From the IMG/VR virus record IMGVR_UViG_3300045988_073455: 64,000 bases of DNA; one strand, 5' to 3'. The translations under genes were made by a program, and so were the position numbers. The notes beneath the pieces were generated by a model. The model was not told where the DNA came from and made no database searches. It was given only the letters and a program-made list of their open reading frames with translations. The stretch's first letter is position 1. Each line of letters begins with the position of its first letter. Positions 51,138 to 61,814 of the stretch are shown here, one piece after another. The stretch comes from a virus.

Positions 51138-51860
51138 ATGAAGAATGACATCGAAATTGGCGCTATTATAGCCATGGTGTTAACAGATACACCTCTAGGC
51201 ATACAGGTAGGTAGAAGGCACATGTTCATCTACCCTCAGACTTTAGGCAAGATGTATTTGACAGCTCCACTGATTAAGCTGCTAGGCATCAAAGATGATA
51301 ACCTAAAGCTAAATCCCCTCATTGAAGCACTCCGTGTAGTAGGTGAGAATCGAAGTCTCTGTTGTAAGCTAATAGCCTACCACACCCTTCAGAAGAAATC
51401 CGATATGCTCAGTTCACGCATATTGAAGGCAAGGGAAAACATCATCTTCAAGTTCTGTGATAACGATGATATAGCTACTCTTCTCATCACCATACTCTCA
51501 GATAACAAGCTTCACGACATAATCACGGAATGTGGGATAGACAAGGAAGCAGAGCGTATGGAGAAGATAAACCAAGCCAAAGACTTCAGCAATCAGTATA
51601 TCTTTGGTGGCAGAACCATTTGGGGCTCTCTCATTGACGCAGCTTGCGAGAGATATAAATGGACTCTTGACTATGTTCTGTGGGAAATCTCATACAACAA
51701 CCTCACGCTTATGATGAAGGATAAGATAACTTCCATCTATCTATCCGATGAGGAAAGAAAGAAGGCTCACATTCCATCAGCAACAGAGAAGGTCTTCAGC
51801 GGAGATAACAAAGAGGACATCATGGAGCTGATCAGACAGAGCGAAGAAAATCCAATTTAA
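51138..51860 (+). CDS. tail assembly chaperone candidate (by position)
   Basis: First ATG downstream of the tRNA-like element within track ORF 51054..51860. Confidence 0.4.
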   Translation: MKNDIEIGAIIAMVLTDTPLGIQVGRRHMFIYPQTLGKMYLTAPLIKLLGIKDDNLKLNPLIEALRVVGENRSLCCKLIAYHTLQKKSDMLSSRILKARENIIFKFCDNDDIATLLITILSDNKLHDIITECGIDKEAERMEKINQAKDFSNQYIFGGRTIWGSLIDAACERYKWTLDYVLWEISYNNLTLMMKDKITSIYLSDEERKKAHIPSATEKVFSGDNKEDIMELIRQSEENPI

Positions 51861-51934
51861 CCTCCAACACAAAAAGTAAAGAATAAAGGTTTGGCTGAGG
51901 AGGTGCACCTTTACGTAATTGACAGAATAAAAAA

Positions 51935-54900
51935 ATGGCAAGTATCAAGTTTGACATAACAGGCGATAATTCATCCGTACTGAAAGCCTTTCGAGGGGTG
52001 CAGGATGGGGTGTCACAGACAGCAAGAGTAGTCGAGCAGCAGGGTCAGAGCATTGAGAACGTTTTCAATCGCATCAAGTCTGTTGCATCGGTAGCTTTTG
52101 CTGGGTTCACGGCAAAGGAAATCATCAGCACACTGGGTACTGTCCGAGGAGAGTTTCAGCAGTTTGAGATTGCCTTTGAAACCATGCTCGGTAGTGGACA
52201 GAAGGCAAAGGGAATGATTTCGGACATCGCCAACCTTGCTGCTACTACTCCTTTTGACATGAAGGGTGTGGTAAATGGCGCAAAGCAGCTCCTTGCATAC
52301 GGATTTGCAGCCAACGAGATTACCGATACAATGAGAAGGCTCGGTGACGTATCTGCAGGATTGGGATTGAACTTGCAGGACCTCACATGGCTCTATGGTA
52401 CCACGATGGTACAAGGTCGATTGTTCACAAGAGACTTGATGCAATTTACAGGTCGCGGTATTCCTTTGACAGAGGAACTTGCCAAGCAGTTCGGAGTTAC
52501 CGAGGATAAGGTTTCGGAATTGGTGACAGCAGGTAAGGTAGGTTTCCCCGAAGTTAAGAAGGCTATCGAAAGCCTTACCAATGAAGGCGGCAAGTTCGGT
52601 GGATTGATGGAAAAGCAATCTCACTCTATTACGGGTCAGATAAGCAATATACAAGATACCATCGAAATGGCTATCAATGACCTCGGCACACAGACCGAAG
52701 GCTTGATGAATGATGCTTTGGATATCACATCTAAGGTTATCGACCATTGGAAGGAGATAGGTGAGGTTATCCTTGCAGCCGCATCTGCCATCGGTCTTTA
52801 TAAGGCAATGGCAGTTAGTATAGCAGCCTTTGACACAGCAACAACAAATGCAGGATATGCAGCCGAGTTGTCAGCTCTTGAATCTTTGCTCCCTATGAAG
52901 GAAGAAGCAAAGAAGACAGACCTTGAAGAAGCAGTAGCCAAAGGTCAATTATCAGCAGCACAGGCAGAGTTGGTAGCATCTAAGCGTGAAGAGGTCGCGG
53001 CTTATGTTGCCGAACTACAGGCGCAGGCAAAAGCAAAGGCAGACGCAGCCACCGCAGCCGCAGAGGAAGTGAAGGCATTGGAGAACAAACTTGCAATGCA
53101 GGACAATGAGGTCCAATCACTCCAAGATGCTTACGATGCCCTGCAATCCTATACAGACGGGCAGAAGGTAGAGACAGCAGAAATCAAACTCAATACTGCC
53201 GTTAACGAAAGGAACACCATCGCAAAGCAACTCCAAACGGCTAGAGAAACTGCTGCAACCGCAGCCACAGAAGCAAATACAGCAGCCAATGCGGCTAACA
53301 CTGCATCCCAAGGTTTGAATACCGCAGCTACCGCAAGAGACACCGCAGCCAAAGGAATATGGGCACAGGTCACCCTTCTCTGCAAAAGGGCACAGGACGC
53401 ATGGAATGCTTCTATGTTCTCAAGTCCTCTTTTTTGGATAGCTGCCACCATCGCAGCAGTAACCTATGCCGTATATAAGCTAGCTACCGCAGAAACGGCA
53501 CATGAAACGGCAGTAAGGAAATCCAATGAAGCATGGGATGAGTTTGATAACAAGGTCAAGGAACGTCAGCAGAATATCGAAAGCCTTATCAGAACTATTC
53601 AGTCTGAGACAGCTACAGAATACGAGAAGGCAGAAGCTTACCAAAAACTCTCCAACCTCGCACCTCAGTTAACGGAGCAATACTCACAAGCTCAACTTGC
53701 ATCTGCCGATTTTGCTAAGACGCAGAAGGAAGTTGCCGAGAGCATGGATGAGTTGAAGTACGACAAGGCAGTTGAGGAAGTTGAGAAGTATCGAAAGAAG
53801 GTTGAGGAGCTTCAAATGCAACTCAGAGCAGACGCAGCCAATGGCGGTCAAGGTAGCATCGCTATCTCATCACAGATAAGCCAAGTCCAAGCAGACCTTG
53901 ATCAAGCAGAAGAAAAGCTTTCCAATATCATCCAACTTCGAGACCAAGCAGCCGAGAACGCAAAGCCTATCGAAGTTCGCTTGCAAGAAGCACAGGAGAA
54001 CGAAAGTGTACGTCAAGAAATCTTTGACTTCTATGACGAAGCAATCAATCTGGCTAACGATTGGCAAGCTGCCAACGAAACCATCAACTACGCCACAGGT
54101 GAGAGTAGATTGGATGCGTTCATCAATAAGGCTCAGAAAGAGATAGCAGGTCTTCGAGAAGACATCAAGAACAATCCTGCTGATCTGAATCTCCGCATGC
54201 AGGAGTCTGAGAAAACAAAGGTTCTGAACAACCTCTTAACTATGAAGCGGAATTGGGCGGTCACAGGCGCAACGACCATTCCTTTGATTTTCAAGGCTCA
54301 ATGGAATACAGCCAAACAATCCCTCAACCAAGCAAAAAAAAGAGCACAAGCGTTGGCTAACAATGGTTCTACGGAAACCTATCAGCAAGCTTACAACAGG
54401 ACGCAGCGTGAATATAACGCAGCCAAGAGGAGGGTTGCTGCTATGGAGAGAAATAAGAGCAAATACACCGCCGCTCAGTACGAAACCGCCACCCAAAACT
54501 TGAAAGCAGCCAAGGATGCCTACTCGAAACTAGGTGGTGATGTAAGTGGAAGAGCGGCAAAGACAGTAGCAACGGCACATAAGAATCGCATCAAGGAAGA
54601 GAACAAGACTATCAAGGCTCAAGAGGATTTAAACAACCGCTTGAAGACTTTGCAGCAGAAAAATACAGATGAAACTATCTCCCTCATGCAGGAAGGCACG
54701 GAGAAGAAACTTGCTCAAATCAAGAACGACTATGCCAAGCGCAAAGCCGAGATTGACAAGCAGGAAGCAGAGTTCAAGAAGAAAAACAAGGAAGCTGGCA
54801 AGAAAGTAACCCTTACCTCTGCTCAGTCCAATGCCCTCAATAAGGCTAGAGACCTCGCTACCCAAGAGTATAACAAGAAGCTTGATGAGGTCAACAGGGA

Positions 54901-57091
54901 AGCCCTCACCTCTATGCGTGACTACTTGAAGGAGTATGGTTCACTCTATCAGCAGAAACAAGCCATTGCCGAGGAGTATGAAGAGAAGATTGCCAAGGCT
55001 CAGACGCAGGGCGAAAAGCTATCTCTTCAGCAGCAGAGAAAGAAGGACCTCCAAACCATCGAGATAAATGCCATCAGACAGAACATCGATTGGGGAAGCG
55101 TCTTCGGAGACTTCGGTACTATGTTCAAGGACCAACTAGAGCCTACCATTGAGAAGCTGCAAGAGCTCTCCAAGAGCACAACAGATGTCAATGAGCAGAA
55201 GACCATACAGGAACTTATCTCCAAGTTACAAGGCTCTGCCACCATCTGGAATAGTGACATCTTTAAGAAAGTATCTGACGACATCAACTCCTATCAGTCA
55301 GCCATGCAGGGCTATATTGATGCACAGGAGCGAGAGATTGAAGCCACGAAAGCTGTCACCAAGGCGCAGGAAGACCTCGCCAAGGCTAAGAAGAGCGGTG
55401 ACAAGACAAGTATCAGCAAGGCTGAAGCCAACCTCTCTAGAGCGCAGGGCGTACTTGCTACCGCATCTAACAGCGTTTTGGAGTTCGGTTCATCAGTTCA
55501 GAAGGCATCATCAGACTTGCAGACATCAGCACAGAAGGCAGTTTCTCAGTTTCAGCAGCTTGAAAATGGTTTGCAGGGTCTTACATCGGGGTCGCTCAAA
55601 GGCATAGGAAACTCTATCCTAGGGCTTGACAAGCTTTTCGGTGGCTCTATGCAGAAGGACGTTGCCAACACGCTTGCAAAGGGCATCCAAGGGTTGCTCG
55701 GTAAAGATAGTGACGCAGCCAAATCTCTGACGAAAGCTTTAGGGGATAGCGGTATGGCAGGTGAAATAATCTCAGCAATACTCGGTATCCTCGATATTCT
55801 GAAAGATGGCTTCGGAACACTCATCAGCAACCTCATGGACACGGTCTTTGGCGTAGTAACGGGCATCCTCGATGATGCTTTATCGGGTGACATCGTTATG
55901 AAACCATTGAAGAGTATCGGGAACAACGTTTCTCATATCCTCAACACGCTTTCATTCGGTGGCTTTAATAGTCTGTTCGGTGGAGACGGAAATGCAAAGA
56001 AAGTCAATGATACCATCGAAAGGCTGACGGATAGAAATACCCTCTTGCAGCAATCCATCGAGGATTTGACTGATGCAATGGAAAACTCCTATGGTTCCAA
56101 GGCAACCTCATACTACGAGCAAGCCTATAAGAATCAGCAGGAGACCAATCAGAACTACCTAGACATCGCAAAAGCGCAGGCAAGCTATCACGGTTCGCAC
56201 GGCTCATGGAATCGCTATTGGGGTGGCTTCGGTAGTGATGAGATGGATTGGATCAAGAAGAACGTCAAATCAGACTTCAATGGCGACCTATTCTCCCTTA
56301 GTCCAGAGGAAATGAAGCTCCTCCGTGGCAACGTTGCTATCTGGAATCACATTGAGAACACTGGAAAGGGTAACTATGGTGGGCGTCTGACAGAGAAGCT
56401 GAATGACTACATAGACCAAGCGGGCAAGCTGGATGAGTTATCAGACAAGCTGAAGGAAAGCCTTACGCAGATTTCCTTTGACAGCATGAAGGATAGCTTC
56501 GTATCAGACCTTATGGATATGAGCAAGTCAGCGCAGGATTTCGCAGACGATTTCTCCGAAATGATGCAGAAGGCTCTTCTCTCCTACTCTATGGAAGACC
56601 TCATCAACGGCGACTTGAAGAAGCTCTATGATGATTGGGCAAAGGCTATCGAGGACAACGATGGCAAGCTTACCGAAACAGACATAGAAGCATTCAACAA
56701 GCGTTACGATGATATAGTCCAGGAAGGATTGAAGAGACGTGACGAGTGGGCAAAGGTAACAGGCTACACCGGTTCCTCATCCTCATCACAGACCGCAACA
56801 AGCGGAGGATGGGCATCTATGGGGCAAGATACCGCGGACGAGCTGAATGGTCGCTTCACCGCCCTGCAGATTGCAGGAGAGTCAATCGCTCAGAACATGA
56901 CTACCACCATATCACAGATGGAGAGCATCGTTACACTCGGAATCTCAACCAATGGCGCAGTATTGGAGATTAGAAACATGATGATTATGACAAACAGCTA
57001 CCTCGAAGACATCGTGAAGTATTCAAAGCTTACCTATAATGACTTCGGAGCCAAGCTGGATGACATGAACAGAAGATTAAAGGATATTTGA
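51935..57091 (+). CDS. tail tape measure protein
   Basis: 1718 aa. The N-terminal TMP core is LAATTPFDMKGVVNGAKQLLAYGF...RLGDVSAGLG. There are long Ala/Gln/Lys-rich coiled coils and a hydrophobic segment near residue 500. Confidence 0.9.
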   Translation: MASIKFDITGDNSSVLKAFRGVQDGVSQTARVVEQQGQSIENVFNRIKSVASVAFAGFTAKEIISTLGTVRGEFQQFEIAFETMLGSGQKAKGMISDIANLAATTPFDMKGVVNGAKQLLAYGFAANEITDTMRRLGDVSAGLGLNLQDLTWLYGTTMVQGRLFTRDLMQFTGRGIPLTEELAKQFGVTEDKVSELVTAGKVGFPEVKKAIESLTNEGGKFGGLMEKQSHSITGQISNIQDTIEMAINDLGTQTEGLMNDALDITSKVIDHWKEIGEVILAAASAIGLYKAMAVSIAAFDTATTNAGYAAELSALESLLPMKEEAKKTDLEEAVAKGQLSAAQAELVASKREEVAAYVAELQAQAKAKADAATAAAEEVKALENKLAMQDNEVQSLQDAYDALQSYTDGQKVETAEIKLNTAVNERNTIAKQLQTARETAATAATEANTAANAANTASQGLNTAATARDTAAKGIWAQVTLLCKRAQDAWNASMFSSPLFWIAATIAAVTYAVYKLATAETAHETAVRKSNEAWDEFDNKVKERQQNIESLIRTIQSETATEYEKAEAYQKLSNLAPQLTEQYSQAQLASADFAKTQKEVAESMDELKYDKAVEEVEKYRKKVEELQMQLRADAANGGQGSIAISSQISQVQADLDQAEEKLSNIIQLRDQAAENAKPIEVRLQEAQENESVRQEIFDFYDEAINLANDWQAANETINYATGESRLDAFINKAQKEIAGLREDIKNNPADLNLRMQESEKTKVLNNLLTMKRNWAVTGATTIPLIFKAQWNTAKQSLNQAKKRAQALANNGSTETYQQAYNRTQREYNAAKRRVAAMERNKSKYTAAQYETATQNLKAAKDAYSKLGGDVSGRAAKTVATAHKNRIKEENKTIKAQEDLNNRLKTLQQKNTDETISLMQEGTEKKLAQIKNDYAKRKAEIDKQEAEFKKKNKEAGKKVTLTSAQSNALNKARDLATQEYNKKLDEVNREALTSMRDYLKEYGSLYQQKQAIAEEYEEKIAKAQTQGEKLSLQQQRKKDLQTIEINAIRQNIDWGSVFGDFGTMFKDQLEPTIEKLQELSKSTTDVNEQKTIQELISKLQGSATIWNSDIFKKVSDDINSYQSAMQGYIDAQEREIEATKAVTKAQEDLAKAKKSGDKTSISKAEANLSRAQGVLATASNSVLEFGSSVQKASSDLQTSAQKAVSQFQQLENGLQGLTSGSLKGIGNSILGLDKLFGGSMQKDVANTLAKGIQGLLGKDSDAAKSLTKALGDSGMAGEIISAILGILDILKDGFGTLISNLMDTVFGVVTGILDDALSGDIVMKPLKSIGNNVSHILNTLSFGGFNSLFGGDGNAKKVNDTIERLTDRNTLLQQSIEDLTDAMENSYGSKATSYYEQAYKNQQETNQNYLDIAKAQASYHGSHGSWNRYWGGFGSDEMDWIKKNVKSDFNGDLFSLSPEEMKLLRGNVAIWNHIENTGKGNYGGRLTEKLNDYIDQAGKLDELSDKLKESLTQISFDSMKDSFVSDLMDMSKSAQDFADDFSEMMQKALLSYSMEDLINGDLKKLYDDWAKAIEDNDGKLTETDIEAFNKRYDDIVQEGLKRRDEWAKVTGYTGSSSSSQTATSGGWASMGQDTADELNGRFTALQIAGESIAQNMTTTISQMESIVTLGISTNGAVLEIRNMMIMTNSYLEDIVKYSKLTYNDFGAKLDDMNRRLKDI

Positions 57092-57192
57092 CCTCTATAG
57101 GCTTTTCGCTCGTCAACCCTTACAACTATACTCAACAATAGAAAAAGCGGCTCACAGCGAAGCCTATGAGGTTATTTAATGATTAAATAGTT

Positions 57193-57636
57193 ATGCTTAA
57201 AGGACAACTTTACATAAATGGCAAGGATGCCTATCTTACGTGGGGCATATTCTTAGACGAAACTGCCCTCAGTGCGCTCATGACCCCTGCACCAAACAAG
57301 GAGTTCATCAGCAACAAGTATCGCTCAAAGGACGGAAAGTCGGTTATCAAGCACAATCCTAGATTGGATGAGAGGGAGATAACGCTGCCGTTCAATATGA
57401 CCGCCAAGGACTCAGATACGTTCTTGATGAACTATGCTAGGTTCTGCGAGGAGGTTCTTGCCAAGGGAGAATTGGTTATCCGCACCCGATTCCAGCCTAA
57501 TGTGTGGTATCGGTGTATCTATCTCTCCTGCACTCAGTTTAGTCAGTGCATTCGGGAAATGGCAAAGTTCAGCCTAAAGCTCAACGAGCCAGACCCTAGT
57601 GACAGAGGTGAAACAAGTAAATACGCAAGCTCATGA
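57193..57636 (+). CDS. distal tail protein (Dit-like, by position)
   Basis: 147-aa ORF directly after the tape measure gene, with ATGA overlap to the next gene. Confidence 0.5.
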   Translation: MLKGQLYINGKDAYLTWGIFLDETALSALMTPAPNKEFISNKYRSKDGKSVIKHNPRLDEREITLPFNMTAKDSDTFLMNYARFCEEVLAKGELVIRTRFQPNVWYRCIYLSCTQFSQCIREMAKFSLKLNEPDPSDRGETSKYASS

Positions 57637-60600
57637 TTCAGATTAAGAGAAACAACAAGGTATTCTTCACACTAGAGGACTTCGGTGAGGGTTCTAAGCT
57701 GTCATATCAGCTTATGGACCACCACTACATCATCTTGAAGTTCACTACGGCTACACCTATCTATTTCGAGATTGGTGATTCTGTAGAGATACCCGACTTC
57801 GGCTATTTCGAACTGACATCGGCATACTTCCCTAAACACAATGATAGTGACGGCTACGACTACGAAATGCAGATGGATGCCTACTATATGGCTTGGAAGA
57901 ATAAGCTTTGCAAGTATCGCCCTCAGCACGGAGCAAACGAAACCTCGTTCAAACTCACCACTACTGTAGGCGTGCACATGAACGTTATCCTCGGCAACCT
58001 AAAGGCTCTAGGGCTTACGTACAATGGCAAGGAGTTCTCCGTTGACTACACTACATACAACAACAAGGCTTTCGATGTTCAGAAGAGGTTCTTGATCGAA
58101 TACGGTTCCATCAGCATACTTGATGCTCTTAATTCCATCTGTTCCGAAGATGCACTCAACTGTGAATGGTGGATAGATGGTTCCATTATATACCTTGGAT
58201 ATTGCGAAATGGAAGGACAGACAACATTCGAGCAGGATGTTAATGTTCTGTCTATGTCCTATTCGGAATCCAAGTCAACTTATACCACAAGACTGTACGC
58301 ATTCGGCTCAGACAGGAATATTCCGAAAGGATATTTCACTGGAGCCGATGCGGACGTTACCACCGATGGTGTAGCTACCGATTACCTCATGCTTCCAAAC
58401 AAGGAAGTAGATAGTGATGGTTTCTACGCCAAGGATGGCTACCTGGAGAACGTGAATGTCGTGAAGAACGACAAGCAGGCTATTGAAGGTGTCGTGATGT
58501 TTGAGGAAGAATATCCCAAGGTGGAAAGCGTAGTTAGCAGTATCAAGACCTACGATAGCACCGTTGATAATGAAGATGGTACGAAGACAACACAGACCTT
58601 CTGGCAGGTTACGGCTACAGATTCTTTTGCAACAAGCTTTGAATCTAGTTGGATAAAGAGCAACCTCACTCTAGGCATCAAGTTCACTAGCGGTGCTCTC
58701 ATGGGCATGGAGTTCGATGTTAGTTTCAAAGTTATCGACAAGGTTAACTACTTCGAGATTGTTGCTAATGACACCTACGGAAGAACACTTCCCGATGGCG
58801 TTATGTGCCCGAAGGTAGGTGACAAGTTCTTTCTATTCAATTGGGACGCAACCAAGATTACAGATACGGACCTCATCCCTACTGCTCAATTATCTCTGTT
58901 CGATAGAGCGAAGCAGTACTATCAGAAGACCATGATCAGCAATTCAAACTTCACCTGCACGATGGATGGCGACAAGTTCTACAATGATGGAACATACGAT
59001 TACCATCCTCTCGGTGAACAGGTAAAGCTGATTAATGATATGTTTGCGCAGGTGGACGCGGATGGCAAGCACTACCGAAACTCTCGAATCATCGGAATGG
59101 AGATACCTTTGGATATTCCTTACGACCATCCTCAGTACATAGTAGGCGAAAAGGCAGCTACTAGCCGGTTGGGTAAGTTGGAAGACAAGGTTGATTCCAT
59201 CAAGGTGAACGGAATGCAGATAGGCGGCACAGGAAGCGGTAATGGTGGAGGTGTCTATGTCATTGGCATGAACGATACCACTCCTGCATCCGATAGTAAC
59301 GTTTATTCTGATAGACGTTCTAGGATGGAGTTCTTGTCGCGGCTCTATGATGGAACCGCACAAGGAACCATAACTTTTCAAATGCTTCAGAAGTTCATAC
59401 AAGGCTTCCGTATCGGTAACAACAATGAGTTCAGCATAGATGGAAGCGGTAATGCTATCTTATCTAGTGTCTTGGTAAACCTCTTAAAGTCTCTCGACTT
59501 TAACGAAGCAGAGCAGAGCGGATTTGCAATAAAGCAGAGAAGCGATGGTAAGTATCAGATGTTGCTCACTGACTTGATAGTTTGGGGCAAGGCAATATTC
59601 AATACGTTGCTCATCCGTGAACTCAGCTACGTTGGTGGTAACATCGTCCTCTCACCTGCTGCTGGCAAGATAAGCTACATAAAGGAGGTATTCAGCGAGA
59701 CAACGAATGAAATGATTGGCTGGAAGTGCTATCTTCTCGCTGATGATGGAACAACCGCAACAATCAACTCATTCAAGGTGGAAGACCAAGTTAGATGTAA
59801 GACGTTCAACATAGCACCTGGTGTCTATGAGAACGTCAGCAACAAGGACTACTGGAGAATTGTCACAAAGGTATCAACCGAGAATGAGGTAATCACCGAT
59901 GCCGAAGGTCACGAGCTCTATGACGGAAAGAAGTTCGCTTGGATTCAGATAGCGAAGGAGAACTGCATGGAAGGCTCGGATAACCCTGCTGTAGGAGATA
60001 CCATCGTCCTCATGGGTAACAGAAGCGACAGAAGCCGACAGCACCTTCTGATGATGGAGACCGAAGGAGATTCCGCACCTACATTCACCATGTACCGAGG
60101 TATCAACTCCTACTCCCTCAAAGGTAAATCCATCTTCGATGTAGGATTCAACGGCATCAACATCGTGTCAAAGTACTACCACATAACCACAGTTGACGGA
60201 GAGAAGATTTGGATTCCCGTCTATCGTGGTGATTGGAAGGAAGGTACGGAATACAGCTACTATGATGAGGTTACATGGCTTGGCACAAGATGGCTCTGTA
60301 TCTCTCCAGAAGGACAGACCACAACAGATGAACCATCTGAGGATTCACCTTATTGGAAGGCGACTACGAATATATACAAGCCGCAAGTTATCCTATATAC
60401 CGATATTGTTTACAGCGGTATCTCTATAGGCGAGACACACAACATTACTTGCAAGCTAATGCTTGGTGATAAAGATGTATCAAACGGAGTAGCTTCATGG
60501 AAGGTGACACGCAAAACCAATGATTCCTTAGATGATGCTGCATGGGCGACTAAAGATAAGGTTAAGAACTTCAATGGCTCAATAGATATTGTCTGGTCTA

Positions 60601-60704
60601 ATGATGGAACAGAAGACGATTTGGGCAAGGGTGATACTGCGAAATTTGTATTCACAGCAACGACCACAACAGGAAAAATTCATCAAGAATATATTAAAGT
60701 TTAA
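57633..60704 (+). CDS. tail tip / Tal-like baseplate protein
   Basis: 1023-aa ORF following the Dit-like gene. Confidence 0.55.
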   Translation: MIQIKRNNKVFFTLEDFGEGSKLSYQLMDHHYIILKFTTATPIYFEIGDSVEIPDFGYFELTSAYFPKHNDSDGYDYEMQMDAYYMAWKNKLCKYRPQHGANETSFKLTTTVGVHMNVILGNLKALGLTYNGKEFSVDYTTYNNKAFDVQKRFLIEYGSISILDALNSICSEDALNCEWWIDGSIIYLGYCEMEGQTTFEQDVNVLSMSYSESKSTYTTRLYAFGSDRNIPKGYFTGADADVTTDGVATDYLMLPNKEVDSDGFYAKDGYLENVNVVKNDKQAIEGVVMFEEEYPKVESVVSSIKTYDSTVDNEDGTKTTQTFWQVTATDSFATSFESSWIKSNLTLGIKFTSGALMGMEFDVSFKVIDKVNYFEIVANDTYGRTLPDGVMCPKVGDKFFLFNWDATKITDTDLIPTAQLSLFDRAKQYYQKTMISNSNFTCTMDGDKFYNDGTYDYHPLGEQVKLINDMFAQVDADGKHYRNSRIIGMEIPLDIPYDHPQYIVGEKAATSRLGKLEDKVDSIKVNGMQIGGTGSGNGGGVYVIGMNDTTPASDSNVYSDRRSRMEFLSRLYDGTAQGTITFQMLQKFIQGFRIGNNNEFSIDGSGNAILSSVLVNLLKSLDFNEAEQSGFAIKQRSDGKYQMLLTDLIVWGKAIFNTLLIRELSYVGGNIVLSPAAGKISYIKEVFSETTNEMIGWKCYLLADDGTTATINSFKVEDQVRCKTFNIAPGVYENVSNKDYWRIVTKVSTENEVITDAEGHELYDGKKFAWIQIAKENCMEGSDNPAVGDTIVLMGNRSDRSRQHLLMMETEGDSAPTFTMYRGINSYSLKGKSIFDVGFNGINIVSKYYHITTVDGEKIWIPVYRGDWKEGTEYSYYDEVTWLGTRWLCISPEGQTTTDEPSEDSPYWKATTNIYKPQVILYTDIVYSGISIGETHNITCKLMLGDKDVSNGVASWKVTRKTNDSLDDAAWATKDKVKNFNGSIDIVWSNDGTEDDLGKGDTAKFVFTATTTTGKIHQEYIKV

Positions 60705-60723
60705 AAAATAGGAGATTAAAAAT

Positions 60724-61803
60724 ATGGGAAAAGAAATTCATCTTTCGGCAACCGCAGCAGTCAGACGAACATTGAAGGGTGACACATTATCCCTCAGTCT
60801 GCAAACAAATGGCGTACCGCTCTTTCAGGGATTGAACCCTGATACGTTTACCGTATCGCCAAAATGGAGCGAGAGCGGAACGCATCCTATCATTACTCCA
60901 TCTGTTGGCTCTGCACGTAAAAACAACGTAACACTGACAAATCACGCATGGGCTTACAACGGAAAAAATTTAGGATTCAGCTCTAGCGGTACTGGATGGG
61001 AGACCTCGACTGTTGATAATAGATTCAAACTAAATCATGCTAATGGTTCTCTCTCTATTATCGGAGACCTAGCATCTAAGGTCAATCAAGATTCCGATAC
61101 TCTTACCTATTCGGGTGATGCCGTATTGGGAGCTAGCATATATCCAATGCAGAAAAGCATTGATATATTGGTATCTATGTTGGGCGGCTCATCTTATTTC
61201 GGAGGTGTTTCTGCTGATACTACTGTGTTAAGCAAGGGACAGACAGAAGCTACCCTCAGACCTTGGTTATTCAACTCCGCAGGTGGAGAGGTTTCTACCT
61301 ATTCTATTAATCTGTATCGTGGCAGCGGAACAGACCTTGTAGGAACTTACACAAATCCGGAAAGCGGTATCACTATACACAGAGATAAGACGGGAGATTC
61401 GGACAAACTCTATGTAGATAGTCATCAGCTCTTCGTCCTTGAGTTCGTTGTTGATGGTGCTGCCGTGTATAGAACAGGTATCAGCATTGATGATATTTCT
61501 GATATTTATCAGATTGCCCTTAATTCGGTAGGACAGGTTGATGAAGATAGTAATCAGACGTTCAGATGTATCGTTACCAACTGCGAGACAGGACTAGTGC
61601 CGAAGAGTATAACTGGCAATGTCACCTTCGTTATCTATACTGATAGCAATGGTAACATCGAGAATAAACGCTCGGAGACAATGACTTGGGCAAAGAACGT
61701 CAGTGATGGATTCGTTGTGAGGGATGCTGATACGATTGACGAAAACAAAAATATCATCGGTGTATCGGTGTCAGCAGATGCTTATTTAACACTTGATGAT
61801 TAG
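60724..61803 (+). CDS. tail fibre / receptor-binding accessory protein (by position)
   Basis: 359-aa ORF with Ser/Thr/Gly-rich, beta-type composition. Confidence 0.45.
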   Translation: MGKEIHLSATAAVRRTLKGDTLSLSLQTNGVPLFQGLNPDTFTVSPKWSESGTHPIITPSVGSARKNNVTLTNHAWAYNGKNLGFSSSGTGWETSTVDNRFKLNHANGSLSIIGDLASKVNQDSDTLTYSGDAVLGASIYPMQKSIDILVSMLGGSSYFGGVSADTTVLSKGQTEATLRPWLFNSAGGEVSTYSINLYRGSGTDLVGTYTNPESGITIHRDKTGDSDKLYVDSHQLFVLEFVVDGAAVYRTGISIDDISDIYQIALNSVGQVDEDSNQTFRCIVTNCETGLVPKSITGNVTFVIYTDSNGNIENKRSETMTWAKNVSDGFVVRDADTIDENKNIIGVSVSADAYLTLDD

Positions 61804-61814
61804 GAGGAACACTT

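Noticed and set aside
52013-56207. Many minus-strand and alternate-frame ORFs inside the tape-measure gene (for example 52013..52747, 53149..53451, 55149..55607, 55552..55926).
   Set aside because: They lie entirely within a 1718-aa ORF with clear TMP motifs. Their translations are low-complexity, Cys/Ser/Leu-rich shadow sequences, as expected opposite a biased coiled-coil gene.
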